From Pseudomonadota bacterium (GTDB taxonomy: Bacteria > Pseudomonadota > Gammaproteobacteria > Burkholderiales > JABEVD01): a stretch of 64,000 bases of DNA. The stretch is taken from NCBI GenBank assembly GCA_021848825.1, contig JAJZTQ010000014.1:36-64035 (forward strand), given 5' to 3'. The notes under the pieces were generated by a model that saw only the letters and a list, made by a program, of their open reading frames with translations, searched no databases and was not told the DNA's origin. The translations under genes were made by a program, and so were the position numbers. Below, piece after piece: positions 47,802 through 57,248 of this stretch; the stretch's first letter is position 1, and every line of letters begins with the position of its first letter.

Positions 47802-48832
47802 GCCGATTGGCCTCCGGATTTGGCTGCGGCGGCTGCTGCGGGAATCTTGAAACCGAGATAGGTGCCTGAGGAAATCCCCATCAACCCGAGAAGCTGTGCA
47901 TCAAAATCGGGCATGATGAGTGTGGCCCAGACTTTCTTGACGAAGATGATGCCGAGCACGATCGACCACACGAACATCTGGAACCTGTGGAAACTGATGC
48001 TGTCACTGTCGCTCAGAATGTCCCTGAGGAAGCCGCAGCTCCGTTCTTCGACCCTATTCGAGGCAGTCGTGTCGACGACTGCGCTCAATACCGTTGTGCC
48101 CGAGCTGATCCCGATGAGAGCAAGCACCGAATCAGGCAGGATGCTGGCTGTTTCACCCGTTTTCAGCCATATGTAGGTATAGGCGCCTACTGTCAGCAGG
48201 AACCACCAGGCCATTTGCACGCGGGCGAGACTGAATGGCCTTGTCTTTCCGGGGACTTTTTCAACTCCTCCAGCCGGAAGGTCGCGTATCATTCCGGTCG
48301 AGATGCCGAGCCACACAGTCAGAATGGCTAGCAGAATCATTCCAATATACCAGAGCAGCATGTTACCCGAACCCAGAGCCAGCTTCACCAGCCCGATGTC
48401 CATGACGAACCCTTTCTGGGCCGTGCCGATTCCCAATGGAATATTGTCTTTGCCGTCGAGCTTCGAAAGCATTTTTCCAAAAAGGTCTCTTGATTCCTGT
48501 GTCCTCTCGAAAAAAAATGCTATTTTTTCGCAGCCTGCATTCGCCCAGGAAAGGTCCTTTATCGGCAAGTCGTTGATGTAAAGAACTGGGATGGGCTGCA
48601 CGTTGTCGCCTTGCCTGGTGAAATAGGCGCCATATGCTTCGTGTGGAATTTTCACGGTCACATACTCCCCGAGCTTCAGAACGTGGGGGCGGGCCGCTTC
48701 GCCTGGCTTGGCCACTTCGATCAGCGAAGGCGAGGAGGCCGTTTCATCGGAACATTGAATACCCTGCGCGGCGTCCCCGGCGAAAGAGGAAACCGAAGCC
48801 AGAAACATCAGGAGTGCGATGAATATATTCAT
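47798..48832 (-). CDS. Hypothetical membrane protein: signal peptide, ~150-aa periplasmic domain, then TM region with an internal tandem repeat
   Basis: The product is 344 aa from MNIFIALLMFLASVSSFA (ATG 48832; the track ORF extends to 48940). It has about five TM segments. I recognised no family. Confidence 0.6.
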   Translation of the reverse strand: MNIFIALLMFLASVSSFAGDAAQGIQCSDETASSPSLIEVAKPGEAARPHVLKLGEYVTVKIPHEAYGAYFTRQGDNVQPIPVLYINDLPIKDLSWANAGCEKIAFFFERTQESRDLFGKMLSKLDGKDNIPLGIGTAQKGFVMDIGLVKLALGSGNMLLWYIGMILLAILTVWLGISTGMIRDLPAGGVEKVPGKTRPFSLARVQMAWWFLLTVGAYTYIWLKTGETASILPDSVLALIGISSGTTVLSAVVDTTASNRVEERSCGFLRDILSDSDSISFHRFQMFVWSIVLGIIFVKKVWATLIMPDFDAQLLGLMGISSGTYLGFKIPAAAAAAKSGGQSA

Positions 48833-48943
48833 GGTCAGGGTGCCTGCATTTTCTGCATCATAGTTCAGGGCCTGCAAAATGCAAGAACGATGGTTGCCTG
48901 GTAAGATGTTTGAATTTAAACTTGAAATTTTTGAGAGCAAGCC

Positions 48944-50146
48944 ATGCCTGTCAATCTAACGATGCCGAAAAAAGAAGAATTGCTGTCCGTGGAAGGGGTG
49001 AGGCTCGGCACGGCTCGTGCCAACATAAAAAAGCCGGACAGACGCGATCTTCTCGTCATCGAGCTCGCCAAGGGTTCGAACGTATCCGGGGTTTTCACCA
49101 AGAACCGGTTTTGCGCAGCGCCAGTGCAGCTGTGCAGGGAGAGAGCGGGAAAAGAAATCAGGGCGCTTGTCGTCAACACCGGAAACGCCAATGCCGGAAC
49201 CGGAGAAGAAGGGCTATCGAGGGCGAGAACGACATGCCGCGAACTCGCAAGGCTTCTGAATTGCAGCGAAGACCAGGTATTGCCTTTCTCGACTGGCGTC
49301 ATACTGGAGCCTTTGCCGGTCGAGAAGATCGTTGCAGGGCTCCCCGCCTGCGTCGATGACCTCAATGAATCGAACTGGTTCGAAGCAGCCGAGGCGATCA
49401 TGACCACCGACATTCAGCCGAAGGCATTTTCGAAGGAAATCGAAATCGATGGCAGAAAGGTCAGGATAACGGGCATCGCCAAAGGTTCTGGCATGATCCA
49501 TCCCAACATGGCGACCATGCTTGGATTCATCGCCTTCGATGCGAAGCTTCCCCAGGAAAGGCTCGACAGACTGGTGAAGGAGGCAGCCGATGCATCCTTC
49601 AACAGAATCACGGTCGACGGGGACACCTCGACCAACGATTCTCTCATGTTGATCTCGACAGGCAAGGAAATTTCCGAAGAATCATATGGAAAACTGAAGG
49701 AGGCGGTGATCGAGGTGTCGATTCTTCTTGCCCAGGCCATCGTCAGGGACGGGGAGGGTGCGACGAAGTTCATCACCGTGAGAGTCGAGGAAGGCGCAGC
49801 CGAAGCGGAATGCGAAAAGGTCGCTTTTTCTGTCGCACATTCCCCGCTCGTCAAGACCGCTTTTTTCGCATCTGACCCGAATCTCGGGAGGATACTCGCC
49901 GCGATAGGTTATTCGGCAATAGATGACCTGGAAGTCGAAAAGATCAGGGTTTATCTCGACGAAGTGCTGGTAGCTGAAAAAGGAGGGAGGGCTTCCTCCT
50001 ACACCGAGGAGGAAGGCGTCAGGGTCATGAAGAAACCCGAGATCACCATCAGGGTCGTGCTCGGCAGGGGGAAAAGCTCCGCCACCGTATGGACATGCGA
50101 TTTTTCCTATGACTATGTCAGGATCAACGCGGACTACCGTTCATGA
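48944..50146 (+). CDS. argJ: Bifunctional glutamate N-acetyltransferase / amino-acid acetyltransferase
   Basis: The 400-aa product has NAGTGEEG, the autoprocessing site [11 protein letters not shown], and a [12 protein letters not shown]-terminus. Confidence 0.95.
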   Translation: MPVNLTMPKKEELLSVEGVRLGTARANIKKPDRRDLLVIELAKGSNVSGVFTKNRFCAAPVQLCRERAGKEIRALVVNTGNANAGTGEEGLSRARTTCRELARLLNCSEDQVLPFSTGVILEPLPVEKIVAGLPACVDDLNESNWFEAAEAIMTTDIQPKAFSKEIEIDGRKVRITGIAKGSGMIHPNMATMLGFIAFDAKLPQERLDRLVKEAADASFNRITVDGDTSTNDSLMLISTGKEISEESYGKLKEAVIEVSILLAQAIVRDGEGATKFITVRVEEGAAEAECEKVAFSVAHSPLVKTAFFASDPNLGRILAAIGYSAIDDLEVEKIRVYLDEVLVAEKGGRASSYTEEEGVRVMKKPEITIRVVLGRGKSSATVWTCDFSYDYVRINADYRS

Positions 50147-50985
50147 ACGACCTGGACCCGCTGCTGGCCATGATGGAGAGGCTGCTTGCGACGATGGAGC
50201 ATGCCTTTCCGAAGAAGCTGGAGACCGACTGGGAAGGCATCGCTTTCAGATGGGTGAAGAGCAGGGGCTTGCTCAGAGTGCTTCATCCTCACGACATCAG
50301 GCTGGAAAACCTGAAGGGAATTGACAGGCAGATCGGGCTGATCGAAGACAATACCCGGCAATTCGTCAATGGATTGCCTGCGAACAACGTTCTTCTCACA
50401 GGTGCAAGGGGAACGGGAAAGTCTTCACTCGTCAAAGCCCTCCTGAATCGTTACAGCGACAGGGGATTGAGACTTGTCGAGGTAGAGAAGAAGGATCTTG
50501 TCGACCTTCCCGAGATCATCGAAGCGATCGAAGGCAGAAAGGAGCGGTTCGTCATTTTCTGCGACGATCTTTCGTTCGACCAGGATGAAGGCGGATACAG
50601 GGAACTCAAGGTGGTTCTGGACGGATCGGTTTCAACGGCACCCGAGAATATCCTCGTCTACGCCACATCGAACAGGCGGCATCTGATGCCCGAATACATG
50701 AGCGAGAACCTGGAGACGAAATATCTTGGAGATGAAATCCATCCCGGGGAGACGGTCGAAGAGAAGGTTTCGCTTTCCGAGCGATTCGGATTATGGGTTT
50801 CCTTCCACCCTTTCGACCAGGAAGGGTATCTCTCGATTGTCGCGCAATGGCTGGACCATTTCGACGTGAAGGAGAGAAGGGGATTCAGGAAGGCTGCGCT
50901 GCAATGGGCGCTTGACCGCGGATCGAGAAGCGGGCGAGTGGCCTGGCAGTTCGCAAGAGACTGGGCGGGGAAGAAAAAAGGCTAA
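50143..50985 (+). CDS. DUF815-family AAA-type ATP-binding protein
   Basis: The 280-aa product has Walker A ([13 protein letters not shown]) and Walker B ([10 protein letters not shown]) motifs. Its start overlaps the argJ stop (ATGA). Confidence 0.75.
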   Translation: MNDLDPLLAMMERLLATMEHAFPKKLETDWEGIAFRWVKSRGLLRVLHPHDIRLENLKGIDRQIGLIEDNTRQFVNGLPANNVLLTGARGTGKSSLVKALLNRYSDRGLRLVEVEKKDLVDLPEIIEAIEGRKERFVIFCDDLSFDQDEGGYRELKVVLDGSVSTAPENILVYATSNRRHLMPEYMSENLETKYLGDEIHPGETVEEKVSLSERFGLWVSFHPFDQEGYLSIVAQWLDHFDVKERRGFRKAALQWALDRGSRSGRVAWQFARDWAGKKKG

Positions 50986-51908
50986 TCCCAGGCGCTTCTC
51001 AGCATCGCGATTCCATGCGCGCCGTGACTTTGAGCAAGCTGAAGATGTTCTATTTCCAGCCCGCCTATGGCATAGACAGGGATCGGGCATCCCCTCACCA
51101 GCTCTGCAAACTTTTCCCATCCCATGCCTTCCCGTCCAGGATGGGATGCCGTCGCGAGGACATGGCCCATCACTGCGAAATCGAGTCCCAGCGAAACGGC
51201 CTTGTCGAGTTCCCTTGCATGGTGAACCGATGCGCCGCACCAGTCGAAATCCGGCCTCACTGAAATATGCATGAGCTGGTTCGATGAAAGATGGACGCCG
51301 TGCGCCCTGATTTCATGGGCAAGTTCGACTTCGGAATTGATCGTCACCTTGACGCCCTCGGCAATCGCCATGATTTCCCTCGCGAAGCGCTTGAGGGAAT
51401 CCGGATCCATTTCCTTTTCCCTGACCTGGATGAACCTGATGCCTTTTTGCAAGGCGGTCTCCAACTTTTCGAACTGGGCCTCGATGCCGATTTCGGCTGC
51501 ATTGGTGACGGCGTAGATCGACGGCAGCCTCAATGCGCGAAGGATCGATTCATTTGCAGGAAGAAGGGGCGAGACCTCGATCCTGTCCGGATCCTGCCAG
51601 GCGATCTGCTGGTTTTCGCGCCCTTCTGGTTCGCCTTCCCAGCCGAATATCTTGAAGAAATTGAGCTTGACGGTCGCGTGGGAATAATGAAAAACCCTCG
51701 AAATCCAGGGATGAAGATGGTGAGGCTCGATGCCGAGTTCTTCCTTCAGTTCGCGTCTCAAGGCGTCCGCCGGCGATTCTCCCGCTTCGATCTTGCCGCC
51801 GGGAAATTCCCAGTATCCTGCATAGGGTTTTCCTTCAGGGCGCCGTCCCAGCAGGATGCGTCCTTCCGGAGAAAAGATGACGCCGGCCGCAACTTCAAGC
51901 ATCTTCAT
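50982..51908 (-). CDS. Nudix (MutT-like) hydrolase fused to a thiamine-phosphate-synthase-like (TenI/ThiE fold) domain
   Basis: It has a Nudix box ([24 protein letters not shown]) followed by IQVREKE ... GASVHH ... DFAVMGHV ... VYAIGG. The start is 51908 or 51902, overlapping the yacG end. Confidence 0.85.
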   Translation of the reverse strand: MKMLEVAAGVIFSPEGRILLGRRPEGKPYAGYWEFPGGKIEAGESPADALRRELKEELGIEPHHLHPWISRVFHYSHATVKLNFFKIFGWEGEPEGRENQQIAWQDPDRIEVSPLLPANESILRALRLPSIYAVTNAAEIGIEAQFEKLETALQKGIRFIQVREKEMDPDSLKRFAREIMAIAEGVKVTINSEVELAHEIRAHGVHLSSNQLMHISVRPDFDWCGASVHHARELDKAVSLGLDFAVMGHVLATASHPGREGMGWEKFAELVRGCPIPVYAIGGLEIEHLQLAQSHGAHGIAMLRSAWD

Positions 51909-52056
51909 CTTCCCGCATTCCATCGGGTATGGCGTATTTTTCCGTGGCCCATTGACCGAGGTCGATCAGCTTGCAGCGTTCCGAACAGAATGGGCGAAAA
52001 GCATTTTCCACTCGCCATTGCATCTCCTTTCCGCATTGTGGGCAGGCTACGGTCAT
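51895..52056 (-). CDS. yacG: DNA gyrase inhibitor YacG (zinc finger)
   Basis: I translated this 53-aa ORF by hand, as it is below the track cutoff. It reads [53 protein letters not shown], with a CPxC...FCSxRC zinc ribbon. Its ATG overlaps the zapD stop (ATGA). Confidence 0.85.
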   Translation of the reverse strand: MTVACPQCGKEMQWRVENAFRPFCSERCKLIDLGQWATEKYAIPDGMREDEDA

Positions 52057-52808
52057 AGGTTGTAGAAGCTCAGCTTGAAATCGACGTCGCTTTCGCAGAG
52101 CCTGGGTCGCTGCTGGATTGCCGCCGTGACGAAACGGATGTTGAGGGCGTACTTGTTCGCGCTGATTTCAGGCACATACGGCAGGTCTTCTTCGAGACCG
52201 ACAGCGAGCATCTGGGCAGTTCTTCCCGCGAGGATCTGCTGGAAGCTGCCGTTCTGGGCGACATAGCGCAGCGTCCTGCCGCTTTCCCTCAGGATCCTGA
52301 GCACGATGGCGATGCTGTTCTCGATCGGAGACAGCGGTCCGAGCCAAAGCATCATGTCATCCCTTCTCTTTTCGGGATTCTGGTTGAGCCAGTAATGATA
52401 GGAAGGCAGATCGAATTCGCAGACGCCCCCGGGGATGGCCGTCCTTTGCTTGATGTTCATCAGCCATTCGTTGTCCTTGAGGTGCTGTCCGATTTTGCCA
52501 GGCATGGCAAAGAGGCCTGAGCTCGACTTTTCGATGTCGGCGAGCACTTCGTCCAGGGCATCTTCCGAAACCGCCGGGTTGTTCCTCAACTGGGCGAGCG
52601 CCTGTTTCTGCCTTTCCAGTTCCTGTATCAGGTCGGATTTGAGATCCGCCCTGCTCGATACGTCGAGAATTTCGAAAAGGGTGATCAATGCGGCATGATG
52701 AGCGGCAGCTTCATCCTGCTCGAGAAAGAAGTCGATTCGCTTGCACAGGTTTTCCAGCCGCAATAGAGTGCGGGTTCGCTCGTTGATGGGATATTCGTAA
52801 CTGATCAC
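52053..52808 (-). CDS. zapD: Cell division protein ZapD
   Basis: The 251-aa product has a GTG start and an N-terminus [18 protein letters not shown], typical of ZapD/DUF1342. The coaE-zapD-yacG synteny is conserved. Confidence 0.88.
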   Translation of the reverse strand: MISYEYPINERTRTLLRLENLCKRIDFFLEQDEAAAHHAALITLFEILDVSSRADLKSDLIQELERQKQALAQLRNNPAVSEDALDEVLADIEKSSSGLFAMPGKIGQHLKDNEWLMNIKQRTAIPGGVCEFDLPSYHYWLNQNPEKRRDDMMLWLGPLSPIENSIAIVLRILRESGRTLRYVAQNGSFQQILAGRTAQMLAVGLEEDLPYVPEISANKYALNIRFVTAAIQQRPRLCESDVDFKLSFYNL

Positions 52809-52855
52809 TGGCGGCGAACTGGCGGAAATTGGAACGTGTACACAATTCTGAACGA

Positions 52856-53467
52856 TTACAAGGGATTTTTCAAATATTCCGCAAGATATTTGTCGTGCAG
52901 CTTTCTTGTCTTCTCCTCGAGCATGTCGATGCTGCCCTCGTTTTCGAGGATATCATCAGCATTTCTCAGCCTTTCTTTTCTGGAAATCTGGTTCTTCATT
53001 ATGGACCTGACCGCCTTTTCGTCGAGGGAACTTCTTTTCGTTGCGCGATCGATCTGTGTATTTTCGCTGCAGTCGACGACGAGCACGCTTTTTACAAGAT
53101 CCCCGTAGCCCTTCGTCTCGAAGAATAGCGGAACGACCACCAGGTAATAGGGGGAATCGGAAAGCCTTATCCTTTTCTCGACTTCGGCCCTGATCATGGG
53201 GTGGAGTATGGATTCGAGCTTCTTTCTGGAGGATTCTTCCGAGAAGACGAGTTTTCGCATCTTCGATCTGTCGAGATCCCCGTCAATCACAAACCCTTCC
53301 CCGAACGTCTCGGCGATTTTTCCGATGGCGGGACCGTTCCTAGAGGTCAAAAATCGAGAAATCTCATCGGTGTCTATGACATCAATGCCGAGCCTGGCGA
53401 AAATCGAGGCAACAGTGCTTTTCCCGGACCCTATTCCGCCTGTCAGCGCGACGCCGAATCTAGCCAA
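52856..53467 (-). CDS. coaE: Dephospho-CoA kinase
   Basis: The 203-aa product has a TTG start and a GVALTGGIGSGKST P-loop. It sits downstream of pilD, as in many proteobacteria. Confidence 0.92.
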   Translation of the reverse strand: MARFGVALTGGIGSGKSTVASIFARLGIDVIDTDEISRFLTSRNGPAIGKIAETFGEGFVIDGDLDRSKMRKLVFSEESSRKKLESILHPMIRAEVEKRIRLSDSPYYLVVVPLFFETKGYGDLVKSVLVVDCSENTQIDRATKRSSLDEKAVRSIMKNQISRKERLRNADDILENEGSIDMLEEKTRKLHDKYLAEYLKNPL

Positions 53468-54305
53468 GATAGGCTCTTGCGATCGCCCTTCCCCAAAAGA
53501 GCGCGATCAACGCACCGGCTGCCAGATAAGGGCCGAAGGGGATGGGGATGTTTCTGCCGTGTTTTGCAAAAACGATCATGGCGATGCCGATCACCGCGCC
53601 GAACACGGAGGAAAAAAGAATGACGAGCGGAAGCTGTCCCGCTCCAAGCCACGCCCCGATCGCGGCGAGCAGCTTGAAGTCGCCGTAGCCCATGCCTTCC
53701 TTTTTCATGATGATCTTGAACAGCCAGTAGACTGTCCAGAGCGAAAGGTAGCCGAAGACTGCGCCGAGCACTGCGGCCTCCAGGCTGACGAATCCGCCGT
53801 AAAGATTGAAGAGGAGCCCAGTCCAGAGCAGCGGATAGGTGATCGAATCGGGAAGAAGCTGCTTGTCCATGTCGATGAAGACGAGCGGTATCATGGCCCA
53901 GACCAGAATCAGCGCGCCGAACGAGGCCATGCCGAAGCCGAAATGCCATGCCGCATAAGCGCTGAGGACCCCGGACAAGGCCTCGATGAAGGCTGTCCTC
54001 GAAGGAATGGCGGCTTTGCAGTATCTGCATTTCCCTTTCAAGAGAAGATAGCTCAATACCGGGATGTTGTCGGAGGGGGAGATGTGATGACCGCACGAAT
54101 CGCATCTCGATCTCGGGATGACCAGGTTGAATTCCGGCCTCTTTTCAGCTTCCCTTCCTTCGAGTTCGGCGCACTGGTCCTTCCAGCTGTTTTCCATCAT
54201 TTTCGGCAGCCGCGAAATGACGACATTGAGGAAGCTTCCCATCATCAGGCCGACGATGCCGCAGACCGCCGCGAACAAGGGCGGGGAGGATGAAATGAGA
54301 TCCAT
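53460..54305 (-). CDS. pilD: Prepilin peptidase / N-methyltransferase (A24 family)
   Basis: The 281-aa product has a CxxC...CxxC N-terminal region (RSRCDSCGH ... GKCRYCK). It also has the GMGYGDFKLLAAIGAWLG aspartyl protease motif. Confidence 0.93.
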   Translation of the reverse strand: MDLISSSPPLFAAVCGIVGLMMGSFLNVVISRLPKMMENSWKDQCAELEGREAEKRPEFNLVIPRSRCDSCGHHISPSDNIPVLSYLLLKGKCRYCKAAIPSRTAFIEALSGVLSAYAAWHFGFGMASFGALILVWAMIPLVFIDMDKQLLPDSITYPLLWTGLLFNLYGGFVSLEAAVLGAVFGYLSLWTVYWLFKIIMKKEGMGYGDFKLLAAIGAWLGAGQLPLVILFSSVFGAVIGIAMIVFAKHGRNIPIPFGPYLAAGALIALFWGRAIARAYLG

Positions 54306-55522
54306 CAGACCACCTGTCCCATCTTGAATATCGGCAGGTACATCGCAATCACGAGACCGCCTATCAGCGTGCCGAGAACGACCATGATGATGGGTTCCAT
54401 CAGGCTGGAGAGCGCATCGACTGCATCGTCCACCTCGCCCTCATAGAAATCGGCGACTTTCCCCAGCATGCTGTCCAGCGCACCTGATTCCTCGCCGATG
54501 CTCACCATCTGCAGCACCATGTTGGGAAAAACGCCGGTATTCTGCATGGCAACGGTAAGGCTCGTGCCGCTACTGACTTCGATCTGGATTTTCCTGGTTG
54601 CCTCGGCATAAATGTAGTTTCCGGATGCGCCAGCAACGGAATCCAGGGATTCGACGAGCGGGACGCCTGCCGCGAACATCGTGGAAAGGGTTCGGCTCCA
54701 GCGCGCGATGGAGGATTTCCTGAGGATCTGGCCGAAGACGGGAATCTTGAGCAGGTAGGTGTCCATGGTGTTCTGCATCTTGACGGAGCGCTTCCAGGTA
54801 TAGAAGAAGGAATAGAGTCCTGCTCCGATTCCGCCGAAAATCGCCCACCAGTACGAGACGAAAAAGTCCGATATCTTCATCACGAGCAGCGTGGGGGCGG
54901 GAAGATCCGCACCGAAGCTGGAGAAGAGAGTCTTGAATGCGGGGATGACGAAAATCATGATGATCGCCGTGATGATGAAGGCGACCACCACGATGGCGGT
55001 CGGATAGAACATCGCCGACTTGATCTTGCTCTTGATGGCGAGAATCTTTTCCTTGTAGGTGGCCAGCCTGTCCAGCAGGCTCTCGAGTATGCCGGCCTGT
55101 TCGCCTGCGCCGACGAGATTGCAGAAAAGGGGATCGAAATAGAGAGGGTATTTGCGGAAAGCCTGATTGAGGCTGCTTCCCGTCTCGACGTCGGCCTTGA
55201 TGTTCAGGAGAAGCTTGGTCACGGCAGGATTGCTGTGCCCCTTCGCGACGATATCGAAGGATTGAAGGAGGGGAATGCCGGCCTTCATCATGGTCGCGAG
55301 CTGTCTCGTGAAGAGCGCGATATCCTTCTCGGTGATTTTCCTTTCCCGGGTGCGCCGCTGTTTCTGGATTTTCGAGACGATGATGCCCTGGCGCCGCAAT
55401 GTGGTATTGACGATGGCTTCGCCTTTTGCGCGCATCTCCCCCCGCACCTGCTTGCCGTTCTTGTCCCGTCCTTCCCAGAGAAAGGAAAAATCCTTGCCTT
55501 CTTTGTTGACAGTCGTTGCCAT
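54305..55522 (-). CDS. pilC: Type IV pilus assembly platform protein PilC (GspF family)
   Basis: The 405-aa product has two GspF repeats (FTRQLATMMKAGIPLLQS and WSRTLSTMFAAGVPLVES). Confidence 0.93.
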   Translation of the reverse strand: MATTVNKEGKDFSFLWEGRDKNGKQVRGEMRAKGEAIVNTTLRRQGIIVSKIQKQRRTRERKITEKDIALFTRQLATMMKAGIPLLQSFDIVAKGHSNPAVTKLLLNIKADVETGSSLNQAFRKYPLYFDPLFCNLVGAGEQAGILESLLDRLATYKEKILAIKSKIKSAMFYPTAIVVVAFIITAIIMIFVIPAFKTLFSSFGADLPAPTLLVMKISDFFVSYWWAIFGGIGAGLYSFFYTWKRSVKMQNTMDTYLLKIPVFGQILRKSSIARWSRTLSTMFAAGVPLVESLDSVAGASGNYIYAEATRKIQIEVSSGTSLTVAMQNTGVFPNMVLQMVSIGEESGALDSMLGKVADFYEGEVDDAVDALSSLMEPIIMVVLGTLIGGLVIAMYLPIFKMGQVV

Positions 55523-55538
55523 GGCTTCCTCTTGCAGC

Positions 55539-57245
55539 TTACCTGTTTGTGATCGCCTCGATTTCCTCCAGCGAAGTCAGCCCCTGTCTGACCTTGAGCA
55601 ATCCCGACTGCCGCAGGTCCCGTACTCCTTCCCTTTTTGCCTGCTCCGCGATTTCGCTGGAAGAACCCTGATTCAGGATGATACTCGACATTTCCTCTGA
55701 AATGGGCATCACCTGGTATATGCCCACTCTTCCCTTGTAACCCCTTCCCTGGCAGATGTCGCATCCCACCGGCCCGTAAGGTTTCCAGCTTCCGTCCAGA
55801 TCCGCTTCGGTGAATCCCGCATCGAGCAGCGCGTCAAGAGGGATGTCCTTTTCCTTCTTGCAGCTGCAGAGGCGGCGGGCTAGCCTTTGCGCAGTGATCA
55901 GGATCACCGAGCTGGCGATGTTGAAAGGGGCCATCCCCATGTTCTGCAGGCGGGTCAATGTCGAAGGCGCGTCGTTGGTATGAAGGGTTGAAAGCACAAG
56001 GTGGCCTGTCTGCGCCGCCTTGACCGCGATATCCGCTGTTTCGAGATCCCTGATTTCGCCGACCATCAGCACATCGGGATCCTGTCTGAGGAAGGCCTTC
56101 AAGGAGACCGCAAAGGTCAGCCCAACCTTGTCGTTGATGTTGACCTGGTTCACCCCGGGAAGGTTGATTTCCGCGGGGTCTTCTGCAGTCGAAATGTTGA
56201 TGCCGGGCTGGTTCAGGATATTGAGGCACGTATAAAGCGACACCGTCTTTCCGCTTCCGGTTGGTCCCGTCACCAGGATCATGCCGTAGGGCCTCGCGAT
56301 GGCATCGAGAAGCAGCTGTTTCTGTTCCGGTTCGTATCCGAGCGCATCGATTCCCAGCTTCGCGCTCGACGGATCCAGGATACGCATGACGATCTTTTCC
56401 CCGAAAAGCGTGGGGAGCGTGCTGATCCTGAAATCGATGGCATGGGTTTCGGAGAGGGCGAGCTTCAATCGGCCGTCTTGAGGCACCCTTCTTTCCGAGA
56501 TGTCCAGTCTGGAGATGACTTTCAGCCGGCTCGCCAGCTTTTCCTTGACGAAGACAGGGGGCTGCGCGACTTCATAGAGCATGCCGTCTATCCTGTACCT
56601 GATCCTGTAGAATTTTTCGTAGGGTTCGAAATGGATGTCGGAGGCGCCGGCATTGATGGCGTCGAGCAGCGTTTTCTGGATGAACTTGACGATAGGCGCA
56701 TCCTCGATCTCGGCCATCGACGTGTCGGGCTGCAGCGTTTTCGCAACCTCGTCTATGAATTCGAGATTGAGGTCGATCTCCTCTTCGCCGAACTTGTTGA
56801 ATCCTTCTGTCGAAGATTCCGCCGTTTTCTGGATGAAGGCCGAGAGCTTGTCGTCCTCGACGATCACGGGCTCGATCGCAAGCCCGGTCTTGAACTTGAT
56901 CTCATCCAGTCCCTGCATGTTCTCCGGGTTCGAGATGCCGACGAAAAGGCGGTTTCCGCGCTTGTAAAGGGCGGCCACCCTGTGCTTCTGCATCAGCTTG
57001 GCGTCGATCAGGGAAGGGATCGTATCCCTCGAAACGGCGTCGAGATCCAGCAGGGGAAAGCCGAAAGTCTGCGAAGCGAACATGGCGAGCTCCGTTGGAT
57101 CGATCCGTCTGCTTTTGATCAGTTCCGAAACGAAGCTGTTTCCGCCAGTCGATGCGGCGAGTTCGAAAGCCTTGGCATCGCTTTCGGTGAGCTTGTTCTG
57201 CTGAACAAGTGCGCGGGCGAGACTGCTGTTGAGCTGGATGGCCAT
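55539..57245 (-). CDS. pilB: Type IV pilus assembly ATPase PilB (GspE family)
   Basis: The 568-aa product has Walker A (VTGPTGSGKT), an Asp box, Walker B (VLMVGEIRD), a His box (LSTLHTNDA), and a tetracysteine motif (CSCK...CDICQG). Confidence 0.95.
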   Translation of the reverse strand: MAIQLNSSLARALVQQNKLTESDAKAFELAASTGGNSFVSELIKSRRIDPTELAMFASQTFGFPLLDLDAVSRDTIPSLIDAKLMQKHRVAALYKRGNRLFVGISNPENMQGLDEIKFKTGLAIEPVIVEDDKLSAFIQKTAESSTEGFNKFGEEEIDLNLEFIDEVAKTLQPDTSMAEIEDAPIVKFIQKTLLDAINAGASDIHFEPYEKFYRIRYRIDGMLYEVAQPPVFVKEKLASRLKVISRLDISERRVPQDGRLKLALSETHAIDFRISTLPTLFGEKIVMRILDPSSAKLGIDALGYEPEQKQLLLDAIARPYGMILVTGPTGSGKTVSLYTCLNILNQPGINISTAEDPAEINLPGVNQVNINDKVGLTFAVSLKAFLRQDPDVLMVGEIRDLETADIAVKAAQTGHLVLSTLHTNDAPSTLTRLQNMGMAPFNIASSVILITAQRLARRLCSCKKEKDIPLDALLDAGFTEADLDGSWKPYGPVGCDICQGRGYKGRVGIYQVMPISEEMSSIILNQGSSSEIAEQAKREGVRDLRQSGLLKVRQGLTSLEEIEAITNR

Positions 57246-57248
57246 GGT

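Noticed and set aside
48905-48935. TTGAAT ... TTGAAA direct repeat upstream of argJ, as an ArgR (ARG box) operator
   Set aside because: ARG boxes are imperfect palindromes (TGAAT...ATTCA). Here the half-sites are direct repeats and no ATTCA half is present. They more likely reflect AT-rich promoter sequence.
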